A stretch of DNA of 21,599 bases from PVC group bacterium (GCA_043804695.1 JAZDIV010000121.1:1-21599); one strand, 5' to 3'; shown: positions 1 to 9,004, numbered from the stretch's first letter. The notes: generated by a model not told the origin, from the letters alone. Translations and numbers: made by a program.

Positions 1-47
1 AAAATTATTATTGTTCTTAACTGGCCATCATAAACATCAATATAAAA

Positions 48-209
48 TCAGAGCAGAAGCAAAACGTTATATATCTCTAACGAGAGGCATAACTTCTCCA
101 GGAAAATTTCCTGGTCCCGAGGATCAAAAAATATTTTTCTCTGCCCATTTCCCCGGCAGGTAACGTGATAGTACGCTCCGGGATATTGGATTCTCAGTGG
201 TCGGGCCAT
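48..209 (-). pseudogene. Truncated N-terminus of a REP-associated tyrosine transposase (RAYT, Y1/IS200-like HUH family)
   Basis: Manual translation from ATG at 209: MARPLRIQYPGAYYHVTCRGNGQRKIFFDPRDQEIFLEKLCLSLEIYNVLLLL* (53 aa). MARPLRIxYPGAxYHVTxRGN is the typical RAYT/Y1_Tnp start. The TGA at 50-48 comes before the expected 'LMxNHxH' HUH motif. Not in the ORF track. Confidence 0.85.
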
Positions 210-215
210 GATCTA

Positions 216-243
216 ACGATAACACCGCTACCCGTAATGTCAA
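216..243 (-). promoter_or_regulatory. Putative sigma70 promoter of the RAYT remnant, possibly giving a leaderless transcript
   Basis: Minus strand: TTGACA (243-238), 16-nt spacer ending in TGT, then TATCGT (221-216), then 6 nt to the ATG at 209. No Shine-Dalgarno. Confidence 0.5.
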
Positions 244-367
244 GAGGAAAGATTTGACCCCAATCCTTCCAATCCTTATTCAGGGTATTATTGAATGGTT
301 TGCATCCTTATGATATCTTTCTCCCCTGGATAAGGTCGTGGGATTTGGATATCCTGATTGTCGAATC

Positions 368-2839
368 ATGAAAAAGAAACTGACCTTGCTGCATCTCTGG
401 CCGGTTCTGATCATTATCGGTGTGATGGCGTTCATGTATCGGGATGCTATCTTCCCTCCCTATCCCTCCTGGGTGCTCTCCCGGGAGTCGGGTGACGTCG
501 CCTCCATTTACTACTACTGGCGGAGCTTCGGGTTCGGGTCGCTCCGGGCCGGGACCATCCCGCTCTGGAATCCGGACATCTTCTGCGGAACACCCTTCGC
601 CGCCTACCCGGAGTCGGCCCTCTTCTATCCCCTGAACCTGATCTTCCTCCTGCTTCCCCTCCCCGCGGCCTTGAACGGAAGCTTTGTCCTGCACCTGGCT
701 CTCCTGGCGGTCTTCCAGTTCTTCTGGCTCCGTTCCATCGGCTCCGGCCGTTGGCCGTCACTTCTGGGAAGCCTGGCCCTGGGATTCTCCGGCCCGGTCA
801 TCCTTCACCTGACCGCGGGCCATCTCTCCAATATCTGCACCTTTGCCTGGGTGCCGCTCCTCTTTTTATTGACCGAGGGATGCCTGAGAACCGGGCGGCT
901 GAGATGGGCGGCCGGGGCCGGTATCGTTCTTGGGCTCCAGCTCCTGGCCGGACACTGGCAGTATGCGTACTACACCGTTCTTTTGCTGGGGATATATGCG
1001 CTCTGCCGGACGGCGTTCGGACGAGTGAGCACTCACCGAAGATGGGTCTTCCTGCCGGCGGGGATCGTCCTCTGCCTGGCGGTCGCGGGGGGTTTGGCCG
1101 CGGTCCAGATCCTCCCGGCGCTGGGCGCCGCCGGGGAATCGTTCCGGCGGGACCTCGACATTACCTGGGCATCCGCCTTCTCCCTTCCTCCGGCAAATCT
1201 TCTCACATTCATCCTCCCCGGGTACCTGGGGGATACCGTCGGGAGCCTCTACCGGGGGGAGAATTACTTCTGGGAGATGTGCGGCTACCTCGGCTTCATC
1301 CCCCTGCTGCTGGCGATGCTGGCGCTCATCCTCCGGAAGGACCGGTTGACGCTCATCCTGGCCCTGGCCGCAGGGATGTCTCTTCTGATCGCCCTCGGTT
1401 CCTATACCCCCCTCTTCCGGGGACTCTACGCCCTCCTCCCCGGTTTCCGCTACTTCCGGGGAAGCGCCAAGCTGCTCTTCTTCGCCGCGTTTTTCCTCTC
1501 GACGCTCTCCGCCCGGGGGCTCGACTGTCTCCCCTCGCTGACAACCGGCGGATTTCTCCGCTTCCAAGCCATTGTTCGGCGGCGGGTGATCGGGATCACA
1601 GCCGGGGTCCTGCTGATCGTCGCGGCGGGGTCTTTTATTTTTCTCCGGACAGCGGACGAGGCGCCGCCCGGGTGGTGGCGGCAGAGGATTCAAGCCGACC
1701 TTCTCCGGGGAAGGCACTACGACATCGTCCCTCCCGGGCAACCGACCTGGTGGAAGATGGCGATGTGGGAGACCCCCCCGGAGCGGGACTACCCGGCTTA
1801 TGTCCGGCGGCTGGTGGAAGAGACCCCCTTCCCCCGGAACAGCTGGCAGACACTCAGGCTGGGCATCCGCCGCTTGGCCTGGACCTCGGCGGCGTGCGCC
1901 CTTCTTCTGGCGGGGGCACTTCTTTTCCGGCGGGGACGCTGGGCGATCGCGGCGGCGATTGCCGTCCTGGCCGCGGTAGAAGTCGCGGCCTGGGCGAGAC
2001 CGTATCTAACCGGCTTCGACAGCAGGACCTGCCTCTGGGATAAGAAGATCGCCGCTTTTTTCGAAGAACAGAGAGAGCCGTTCCGCTACCTCGCGATCGA
2101 CCCGGGGGACTACAACCGGGGGATGCTGAAAGGGTTCGCCTCCATCCTCGGCTACCAGGCGAACGCCGACCGCCGCTACCTGGAGTACATCAACGCCAGC
2201 CAGGGTCTCCCCCTCCGGGCGCGGGAACTGGTTCTGGCGGTCACTGCTTATTCCCCCCTGCTGGATCTGCTGAACACGCGGTTTGTCCTCGTTCCCTCCG
2301 GAATGGATGTGGAGACACCCTGGTTCAGAACGGTTCTCCCCACCACCGGAAATACTGTCTGGGAGAACACCCGGGCGAAACCCCGGGCGCTCGTCTCCCG
2401 GCGGGCCCGGGTCATCGCCTCCCGGGAAGAGATTCTGGCGGCACTGAACCGAACCGGGTACCGGCCGAAGGATGAGGTCATCCTGGAAGAACCGTTGCCG
2501 GAGATGTTTCTCACGGGAGAAGGCTCCGCGGGGGAAGCGCGGATAGAAAAAGATGAACCGGGCGAGGTGGTTATCCGGACAGTGCTGGAAAAGCCCGGCA
2601 TCCTGCTTCTCAACGACAGCTACGCTCCCGGCTGGCGAGCGGAGGTGGACGGTGTGGAGCGGAAAATCTACCGGGCCAATTACCTGATGCGGGCGGTCTG
2701 CCTGGAGGCGGGGCTTCACACCGTCCGTTTTGTCTACAGTCCCCTTCCTTTTACCATTGGAGCTTTGATCAGTGGCTTGATTTTATTTATTCTTGTTCTT
2801 TATTTTATGGTAATTCGCCTGCGCTCTCATTTTATGTGA
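368..2839 (+). CDS. YfhO-family polytopic membrane protein (putative GT-C glycosyltransferase)
   Basis: Long ORF with many TM segments. N-terminal 'GTIPLWNPDIFCGTPFAAYPESALFYP' and C-terminal 'LLLNDSYAPGWRAEVDG...YRANYLMRAVCLEAGLHTVRFVYSP' are YfhO-like. ATG 368 preferred over GTG 338. Confidence 0.8.
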   Translation: MKKKLTLLHLWPVLIIIGVMAFMYRDAIFPPYPSWVLSRESGDVASIYYYWRSFGFGSLRAGTIPLWNPDIFCGTPFAAYPESALFYPLNLIFLLLPLPAALNGSFVLHLALLAVFQFFWLRSIGSGRWPSLLGSLALGFSGPVILHLTAGHLSNICTFAWVPLLFLLTEGCLRTGRLRWAAGAGIVLGLQLLAGHWQYAYYTVLLLGIYALCRTAFGRVSTHRRWVFLPAGIVLCLAVAGGLAAVQILPALGAAGESFRRDLDITWASAFSLPPANLLTFILPGYLGDTVGSLYRGENYFWEMCGYLGFIPLLLAMLALILRKDRLTLILALAAGMSLLIALGSYTPLFRGLYALLPGFRYFRGSAKLLFFAAFFLSTLSARGLDCLPSLTTGGFLRFQAIVRRRVIGITAGVLLIVAAGSFIFLRTADEAPPGWWRQRIQADLLRGRHYDIVPPGQPTWWKMAMWETPPERDYPAYVRRLVEETPFPRNSWQTLRLGIRRLAWTSAACALLLAGALLFRRGRWAIAAAIAVLAAVEVAAWARPYLTGFDSRTCLWDKKIAAFFEEQREPFRYLAIDPGDYNRGMLKGFASILGYQANADRRYLEYINASQGLPLRARELVLAVTAYSPLLDLLNTRFVLVPSGMDVETPWFRTVLPTTGNTVWENTRAKPRALVSRRARVIASREEILAALNRTGYRPKDEVILEEPLPEMFLTGEGSAGEARIEKDEPGEVVIRTVLEKPGILLLNDSYAPGWRAEVDGVERKIYRANYLMRAVCLEAGLHTVRFVYSPLPFTIGALISGLILFILVLYFMVIRLRSHFM

Positions 2840-2849
2840 ACAAAATAAT

Positions 2850-3400
2850 TTGAGTGCTTTCTTTCATAATAAATGGCTTGATAATATTCCCGAACAAGAT
2901 AGGGAAGTAATAAAAAAACTTATAGTACGATTATTCCCAAAATTAGAAGCGATATTTGGAACAAGTCATTATGGCTTTAGTTGGGAGTCGACCTGGAGAA
3001 AGCAATTGAGAATATGTAGTCCCGATATTTTTCCTATCTTTTTCCGTTTGGGAGTCCCAAGAGGACAAATATCAAATATAGAAATGCAATCGGTTTTATC
3101 TCTGTCTGAAGACAGCAATGCGTTTGGCGATAAGTTGCTGGAGCTATCCAAACAACATCGTCCTGATGGTTCAACTCGGGTAAGTACTACTCTCGAGCGG
3201 ATGGAAGATTACACAGAAAAGGAAATTTCCAAGGAACATATTCCTAACATCCTGCAAGCTCTATTTAATGTGGGGGATCGATTGATAGTCCCGGAAGATG
3301 AAGGAAGGGGTTTTTTCTCGTGGGGTAATGATATGCGCATGGGGAGGCTGACGTTCCGATTATTGAAACGTTATGAAACAAAAGAAGATAGATATATTAA
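2850..3400 (+). pseudogene. C-terminal fragment of a KAP-family P-loop NTPase-like protein
   Basis: AT-rich island with a TTG start and no RBS. 'FHNKWL...RLFPKL...WRKQLRICSPDIFPIFFRLGVPRGQISNIE' resembles the C-terminal region of KAP NTPases; no Walker motifs are present. The ORF tail (to 3587) simply reads through a palindromic repeat. Confidence 0.55.
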
Positions 3401-3434
3401 TCCGACCGTTGTAGGATTTACATCAAGGGTCGCG

Positions 3435-3560
3435 GTCATTGCGAGCGTTAGCCGAAGCCGCGAGCAAAGCGTGGCGGGAAGCAATCTCTTGCTGTGCATA
3501 GAGTTGAGATTGCGTAGCCTGTCCCGAGCGATAGCGAAGGATCTCGCTCCTCGCAATGAC
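3435..3560. repeat. Nested palindromic REP/MITE-like element (GTCATTGCGAG...CTCGCAATGAC)
   Basis: Perfect 11-bp terminal inverted repeats at 3435-3445 and 3550-3560. Inner inverted pair GCAATCTC (3481-3488) / GAGATTGC (3506-3513). Confidence 0.85.
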
Positions 3561-3589
3561 ATGTCTATACAATTATGGACTGACTAATA

Positions 3590-3610
3590 ATTAGCGCCGC
3601 AGGCGCTAAT
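3590..3610. repeat. GCA-triloop mini-hairpin
   Basis: ATTAGCGCC-GCA-GGCGCTAAT, perfect 9-bp stem. Confidence 0.75.
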
Positions 3611-3643
3611 GCATGATGCATATATTGAGGAGGTAAAGGACAC

Positions 3644-4840
3644 ATGACAACCAGCAGTTATAAAAGCCCTGATCGGCGCCATCGAATTATCCGGCAGACG
3701 CTTCCCCTGATAGTGGTTGCCGCTCTGGCATTGACGGCGGGCTGCTCCAAAAAGCAGCCGCAGCAGGAGATCCCCCCCCGGCCGGTGAAAATCGCCGCGG
3801 CGATTGAGCAGGACATCCCCCTTTACATTGAAAATTTCGGGAACCTGGTCTCTCCCGACGACGTGAATATCGTCTCCCAGGTTACGGGCAAGATCCTGTC
3901 CGTTCATTTTAGGGAAGGAGATGAGGTGAAGAAGGGTGACCCCCTCTTCACCATCGATCCCCGGGAGTATCAGGCCGATCTTGACAAGAGCAAGGCATCC
4001 CTGGAAGCTTCCCGGGTCGACCTGAAGTTAAAGAATGAGACCTTCGAGCGGAACAAGCAGCTGATCGGGAAGAAGCTCATCTCCCAGCAGGATTATGATA
4101 CCTACCAGACTGACGCCGAGGGCGCCCGGGCCCAGGTGGCGCTCGATCAGGCTGCCGTCGAGCTGGCGGAGATCAATCTCGGGTACTGCTCCATCACCTC
4201 CCCGATCAACGGGGCCACCGGGAAGCGGCTGGTCGACCCCGGTAACGTCGTCGCCGCCAACAGCGGCACCGCGCTTGTTAACATAAAGTCGGTCGACCCT
4301 CTCTATGTCGATTTCACCATCCCCGAGAGCCGGTTCTCCTGGGTAAAAGAGGAGATGGCGAAGTCAACCCTGCAGGTCCAGATCTCGCCGGAGGGCGATA
4401 CGGGAGGCCCCTGCGACGGGACGCTGCAGCTGATCGATAATACCGTCGACCCGATGACCGGAACGGTGTCTCTCCGGGCCTCCGTTCCCAACCCGGACCG
4501 GAAGCTCTGGCCGGGGCAGTATGTGACCGTCAGGCTCATCGTCGCCAGCGCCCCGAATGCGGTCCTGGTCCCCGGCGCGGCCGTCCAGCTCGGTCCGAAG
4601 GGGGCGTACCTCTTTGTGGTCAAGGACGATAACACGGCGGAACTGCGGGACGACATCACGGTCGGACTGGCCGAGGAGGACTATGTCCAGATCAAGAAGG
4701 GCGTCAAAGTCGGGGAGAAAGTGGTGACCTACGGTCAGCTGGGCCTCGCCCCCGGCTCCAAAGTGCAGATCGTCGCGGATGATAGCAAGAAAGGGGGTAA
4801 AGAACAAACAACGCCGACATCCAAAAAGGGCGAGGAATGA
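3644..4840 (+). CDS. RND efflux periplasmic adaptor (membrane fusion protein, MdtA/AcrA-like), lipoprotein
   Basis: RBS GAGGAGG/AAGGA and lipobox 'LTAGC'. Motifs 'VSQVTGKILSVHFREGDEVKKGDPLFTIDPR', 'ITSPING...VDPGNVV', 'IDNTVDPMTGT' and 'LWPGQYV'. Confidence 0.93.
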   Translation: MTTSSYKSPDRRHRIIRQTLPLIVVAALALTAGCSKKQPQQEIPPRPVKIAAAIEQDIPLYIENFGNLVSPDDVNIVSQVTGKILSVHFREGDEVKKGDPLFTIDPREYQADLDKSKASLEASRVDLKLKNETFERNKQLIGKKLISQQDYDTYQTDAEGARAQVALDQAAVELAEINLGYCSITSPINGATGKRLVDPGNVVAANSGTALVNIKSVDPLYVDFTIPESRFSWVKEEMAKSTLQVQISPEGDTGGPCDGTLQLIDNTVDPMTGTVSLRASVPNPDRKLWPGQYVTVRLIVASAPNAVLVPGAAVQLGPKGAYLFVVKDDNTAELRDDITVGLAEEDYVQIKKGVKVGEKVVTYGQLGLAPGSKVQIVADDSKKGGKEQTTPTSKKGEE

Positions 4841-4842
4841 TA

Positions 4843-5444
4843 TTAAAAGACCGGGAATGGGTAAGGGTTACGATGCCCGTTTCGGTTAAGGTAAGGGTAA
4901 CGTGCGTTGTCAAAACATGCGTTGGTGCTTGAGTCTAACGTCATGAACAACCTGAATTTAAGGTTGCTATGATAGGGGCGCGAAAGATAACGAGTTTTCG
5001 GGATCTGGAGGTTTATCGAAATACATATCAGGCTATGCTCCTCGTCATGCGGGAGATTGTCCCGAAGTTGCCGGAGAAGGAAAAATATGATTTAACTGAC
5101 CAATCCAGCCGGGCTTGCAAAGCTATACCGCGGTTAATTGCCGAGGGGTACGCCAAGCGACACCAACGAGCGGGTTTTAAGAAGTATATCGATGATGCCA
5201 TGGCTGAATGCAACGAGATGATAGTCAATTTGTGCCAATGCAGGGATTTGTATGGCAAGTACATAGATACCGATAAATGCGAAACTTTGATCGACACCTA
5301 CGACAAATCAGGCAGACAGCTCTATAAACTAGGCCTGGCCTGGTCAAATTTCAAAATGCAAGGCTAATCATAGAGGCGTGAATCCGTAACCGTAACCGTC
5401 CACCGAAACGGGCTTCGTTACCGTTGCCCTGACCGAATTTAAAA
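4843..5444 (+). mobile_element. Candidate insertion element: inverted-repeat-flanked four-helix-bundle cassette
   Basis: Left arm ~4854-4902 and right arm ~5385-5434 are inverted, with a perfect core GCCCGTTTCGGT (4875-4886) / ACCGAAACGGGC (5402-5413). TTAAAA occurs at 4843-4848 and 5439-5444. The cassette separates adaptor and permease genes that are normally adjacent. Mobility is inferred. Confidence 0.6.
4969..5367 (+). CDS. Four helix bundle protein (23S rRNA intervening-sequence protein / TIGR02436-like)
   Basis: 132 aa with the family pattern 'SFRDLEVY...LPEKEKYDLTDQ..RA..AIPRLIAEGY.KR....F..Y...A..E..E'. More AT-rich than the flanking genes. Confidence 0.9.
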   Translation: MIGARKITSFRDLEVYRNTYQAMLLVMREIVPKLPEKEKYDLTDQSSRACKAIPRLIAEGYAKRHQRAGFKKYIDDAMAECNEMIVNLCQCRDLYGKYIDTDKCETLIDTYDKSGRQLYKLGLAWSNFKMQG

Positions 5445-8400
5445 TGGCCTTCTCGGAAAAATTTATCCGTCGCCCGATCATGACTATCCTGATCGTGGTG
5501 ACGCTTCTGCTGGGCGGCCTGGTCGCCTATACCCAGCTCCCGGTCAGCGATCTTCCCTCGGTCGATTACCCGGTGATCACCATCACGGCCACCTACCCGG
5601 GTGCCAGCCCGGAACTGATGGCTTCGTCCGTTGCTTCCCCCCTGGAAGACGAGTGCATGCAGATCCCGGGACTCCAGACCATCATCTCGGACAATCAAGC
5701 CGGGATAACGACCATCACCCTCAGTTTTGAACTGGACAAGAACGTTGACCTGGCCGCGCCCGATGTCCAGGCGGCGATCACTCGCGCCCAGGCCAATCTC
5801 CCGACTCTTCCCCAGCCGCCGACCTACGACAAGAACAACCCCGCCGACCAGCCGATCATCTATATCATGGTCGACTCCGAGACCATGACCGGCGGCGACC
5901 TCTATGACTATGCCCACAAGTCGATCGGACAGCGGATCAACATGATCGAGGGGATCTCCAAGGTCGACATCTACGGGGCCAAGCGGGCGATCCGGGTCCT
6001 GATCGATCCCGAGAAGCTGGCTTCTCTCGACCTCGGCCTGGACGAGGTCTATCAGGCGCTGAACAAGGGGACGGTGACCACCCCCGGCGGTGACCTGAAC
6101 GGGAAATACCGCACCTTCTCGATCTATCCGGAGGGTCAGTTGACCGAGCCGGAGCAGTACAAGGAACTGATCATCGCCTACCGGAACAACGCGCCCATCC
6201 GGGTCGGGGATGTAGGCAACGTGGTCGACAGCCTGGAGAGCGACGTGATCAACGTCATGTACGGGAATAAGGAGACCGGGATGAAGGCGGGCGCTGTCTG
6301 TATCGCCGCCACCCGGGCTTCCGGGGCCAATACCGTCGCTCTCTCCCGGGAGGTTCGGTCCCTGCTGAAAGAGATCAGGCCGACTCTCCCCGGGTCTCTC
6401 AACGGGAGGATCTTCTATGACAAGGCGATCCAGATCAAGGAGTCGATCAACGACGTGGAGACCACCATTCTCATCGCCCTGGTTCTGGTGGTTCTGATCA
6501 TCTTCCTTTTTTTGGGCCGGGTCTCCGATACCATGGTCCCGGCCGCCGTCCTCCCGGTGACACTCTTCGGCACCTTCCTGGTCATGATGTTCGCCGGGTT
6601 CAGTCTCGATAACCTTTCCCTGATGAGCCTCACTCTTTCGATCGGCTTCCTGGTCGATGACGCGATCGTTGTCCTGGAGAATACCGTTCGCCATATCCAG
6701 GCCGGTGAGAAACCGCTCTCCGCGGCCATCAAGAGTATGGAGGAGATCACCGGGACGGTCATCTCGACCAGCATCGCCCTGGTCGTGGTCTTCATTCCCC
6801 TGGTCTTCATGGCCGGCGTGGTGGGGAGGAACTTCAAGGAATTCGCCCTGACCGTCATCTTCGCCATCTCCGTCTCCACCGTCATTGCCCTGACGCTCTC
6901 CCCGATGATGTGCGCCCGGGTGTTGAAAGCGGGGAAAGCGAACAAGACCCGGCTGGAAAGATTTTCCGACCGGTTTATCGGGGGCATTATCAAAAATTAC
7001 GGCGTGGCTCTCAAATGGGTGCTGCAGCGCAAATACCTGACCATTCTGGGGGGTCTGGGTTGCCTGGCCGGGATCGTGTATTTCTTCGTCGCCCTCCCCA
7101 AGACCTTCATGCCGACCGGCGACAGCGGCTGCTTTTACGGGCAGTTCCAGGCGCTTCAGGGGGCCTCGACGGGACAGATCCGCCATTTCCAGGACCGGGT
7201 CAACGAGATCATCACCGCCAATCCCGCGGTTGAAAACCTCCTCACGGTCACCGGGAAACAGACCGGCGCCGACCAGAGCACCGGCATCGTCGTCTCCACC
7301 CTCAAACCGACCGGCGAACGGGAACCGATCGAGCAGGTGGTCGAGGAACTTAACCGGGCCCTTTACTCGATTTCCGATCTGGGGATGGTTTTTCTGATGC
7401 CGCTCCCCTCGCTGATCCTGAGTACCGGGGCGGAGAGTACCGCCACGGGAAGCCAGTATTCTTATGTTCTCTCCGGCCAGGATATGGACCAGGTCTACCA
7501 GGCAGCAGCGGAGATGGAGCAGCGGATGCGACAGCTGCCGTATTTTTCCGGCATTCAGACCAGCGTCAAGGTGAACCTTCCCCAGTTGAATATCGACCTT
7601 AAACGCGATCGGGCCTCGGCCCTGGGCATCGCGGCGGCGGATATCGAGGATGCTCTCGCCCTGGCTTACGCCAAGGGGAAAACCGCCACCTATCTGACCG
7701 ATATCGATCAGTACTGGGTGATCATGGAGGCCGAGGATAAAGACCGGCAGATTCCCAGTGATCTCTCCAAGATCTATGTCCGCTCGCCACAGACCGGCAA
7801 GCTGGTACCTCTGAGTTCGGTCGCCGATTGGATTCCGACGGTTGCTCCCCAGAATGTCCCCCACCACAATCAGCTCAATGCCGCCACGCTCTCCTACAAC
7901 CTGGCCCCCGGCGTCCCTCTCGGCGACGCCACCAAGGCCCTCAATCAGCTGGCCCGGGAGATCCTTCCTCCCGCCGTCGGCGGCGTGATGCAGGGGCAGG
8001 CCCAGGAGTTCGAGGAGGCGATCCAGAGCCTGGTGGTGCTGATGATAGTGGCCGTCTTCATCATGTACGTCATCCTGGGGATCCTCTATGAGAGCTATAT
8101 TCATCCCTTTACGGTCTTGACCACTCTCCCCCCCGCCGCTTTCGGGGGACTCCTCACTCTCTATATCTTCGGCTCGGAACTCTCCCTGTATGCCTATATT
8201 GGGATGTTCATGCTGCTGGGAATTGTTTCCAAGAACGGGATCATGATGGTCGACTTCGCCAAGCAGTACATGGAGGAGGGGCAGAACGCCTTCGACGCCA
8301 TCTACAATTCCTGCATTGTCCGGTTCCGCCCGATCCTGATGACCGGTGCTTCGACCATCATGGGGACACTCCCGATCGCGATCGGCCTGGGTGCGGACGC

Positions 8401-8608
8401 CTCCGCCCGCCGTCCCCTGGGATTGCTGATCGTCGGCGGCCTGGCCTTCGCCCAGGTGATTACCCTCTTCATCACCCCGGGACTCTTCCTCTACATGCAG
8501 GCTTTCCAGGAGAAGGTCCTCGACCGCTTCGAGCTGACCCGCTCCGACGCCTGCCGCCTGAAGATGGCGGCCGCGGAGGCGGGTCCCGCTCCGGAACCAC
8601 CCAGGTAA
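5444..8608 (+). CDS. RND efflux permease (AcrB/MdtB/MdtC-like, HAE1 family)
   Basis: 1054 aa. 'FIRRPI', 'YPGASPE', proton-relay 'VDDAIVVLEN', 'KNGIMMVDFA' and 'RFRPILMT'. Confidence 0.96.
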   Translation: MAFSEKFIRRPIMTILIVVTLLLGGLVAYTQLPVSDLPSVDYPVITITATYPGASPELMASSVASPLEDECMQIPGLQTIISDNQAGITTITLSFELDKNVDLAAPDVQAAITRAQANLPTLPQPPTYDKNNPADQPIIYIMVDSETMTGGDLYDYAHKSIGQRINMIEGISKVDIYGAKRAIRVLIDPEKLASLDLGLDEVYQALNKGTVTTPGGDLNGKYRTFSIYPEGQLTEPEQYKELIIAYRNNAPIRVGDVGNVVDSLESDVINVMYGNKETGMKAGAVCIAATRASGANTVALSREVRSLLKEIRPTLPGSLNGRIFYDKAIQIKESINDVETTILIALVLVVLIIFLFLGRVSDTMVPAAVLPVTLFGTFLVMMFAGFSLDNLSLMSLTLSIGFLVDDAIVVLENTVRHIQAGEKPLSAAIKSMEEITGTVISTSIALVVVFIPLVFMAGVVGRNFKEFALTVIFAISVSTVIALTLSPMMCARVLKAGKANKTRLERFSDRFIGGIIKNYGVALKWVLQRKYLTILGGLGCLAGIVYFFVALPKTFMPTGDSGCFYGQFQALQGASTGQIRHFQDRVNEIITANPAVENLLTVTGKQTGADQSTGIVVSTLKPTGEREPIEQVVEELNRALYSISDLGMVFLMPLPSLILSTGAESTATGSQYSYVLSGQDMDQVYQAAAEMEQRMRQLPYFSGIQTSVKVNLPQLNIDLKRDRASALGIAAADIEDALALAYAKGKTATYLTDIDQYWVIMEAEDKDRQIPSDLSKIYVRSPQTGKLVPLSSVADWIPTVAPQNVPHHNQLNAATLSYNLAPGVPLGDATKALNQLAREILPPAVGGVMQGQAQEFEEAIQSLVVLMIVAVFIMYVILGILYESYIHPFTVLTTLPPAAFGGLLTLYIFGSELSLYAYIGMFMLLGIVSKNGIMMVDFAKQYMEEGQNAFDAIYNSCIVRFRPILMTGASTIMGTLPIAIGLGADASARRPLGLLIVGGLAFAQVITLFITPGLFLYMQAFQEKVLDRFELTRSDACRLKMAAAEAGPAPEPPR

Positions 8609-8884
8609 TTATTCTTCCCGGATATCGCGGTTATCTCCTTCAACTACAATGACCGGAGATACGTGCTCGACCAGGACGAAGTTGACGGCGATTTAAAATT
8701 TCAGCAGGTCGCGAGGGTTCACAGGCTGGATCAGATTATGGGGGAGGTCGCCGAAGAACACGATGTTGAAATTGTTGACGCGGGCGCTGTTCTTGACGCC
8801 AGCCCGTCCGATTACAATGACTTCTGTCATTTTGACGCCAACGGGCGTCGGCGGGTCGTTCAACTTTTATATGATCACCTTTGA
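8609..8884 (+). pseudogene. SGNH/GDSL hydrolase fragment (blocks III and V only)
   Basis: The frame is open from 8609: LFFPDIAVISFNYNDRRY...DYNDFCHFDANGRRRVVQLLYDHL*. It has a 'PDIAVISFNYND' block-III-like motif and a DxxH block-V motif. There is no GDS block I and no RBS. Confidence 0.6.
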
Positions 8885-9004
8885 TGGCCCGCTCCCCACT
8901 CAGCGCGTAGCACGCGCGATGCGGCCCGACGCTGCCGGCACCGTTACCCGGCCATTGAGGAGGGTCGGGATGAGGATCCGGAACTCAACAGGAGGCACCA
9001 GAAG

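Noticed and set aside
4969..5367. Four-helix protein as Avd of a diversity-generating retroelement, or as an rRNA intervening sequence
   Set aside because: No reverse transcriptase, TR/VR pair or rRNA sequence in the window.
5351..8104. 917-aa minus-strand ORF (also 19229-21052, 13428-14312, 751-2043 and similar)
   Set aside because: Antisense or alternate-frame shadows of well-supported high-GC genes, with no recognisable motifs.
8606..8608. Stop-codon readthrough giving an RND-SGNH fusion
   Set aside because: TAA is rarely read through, and the downstream piece lacks the catalytic serine block.
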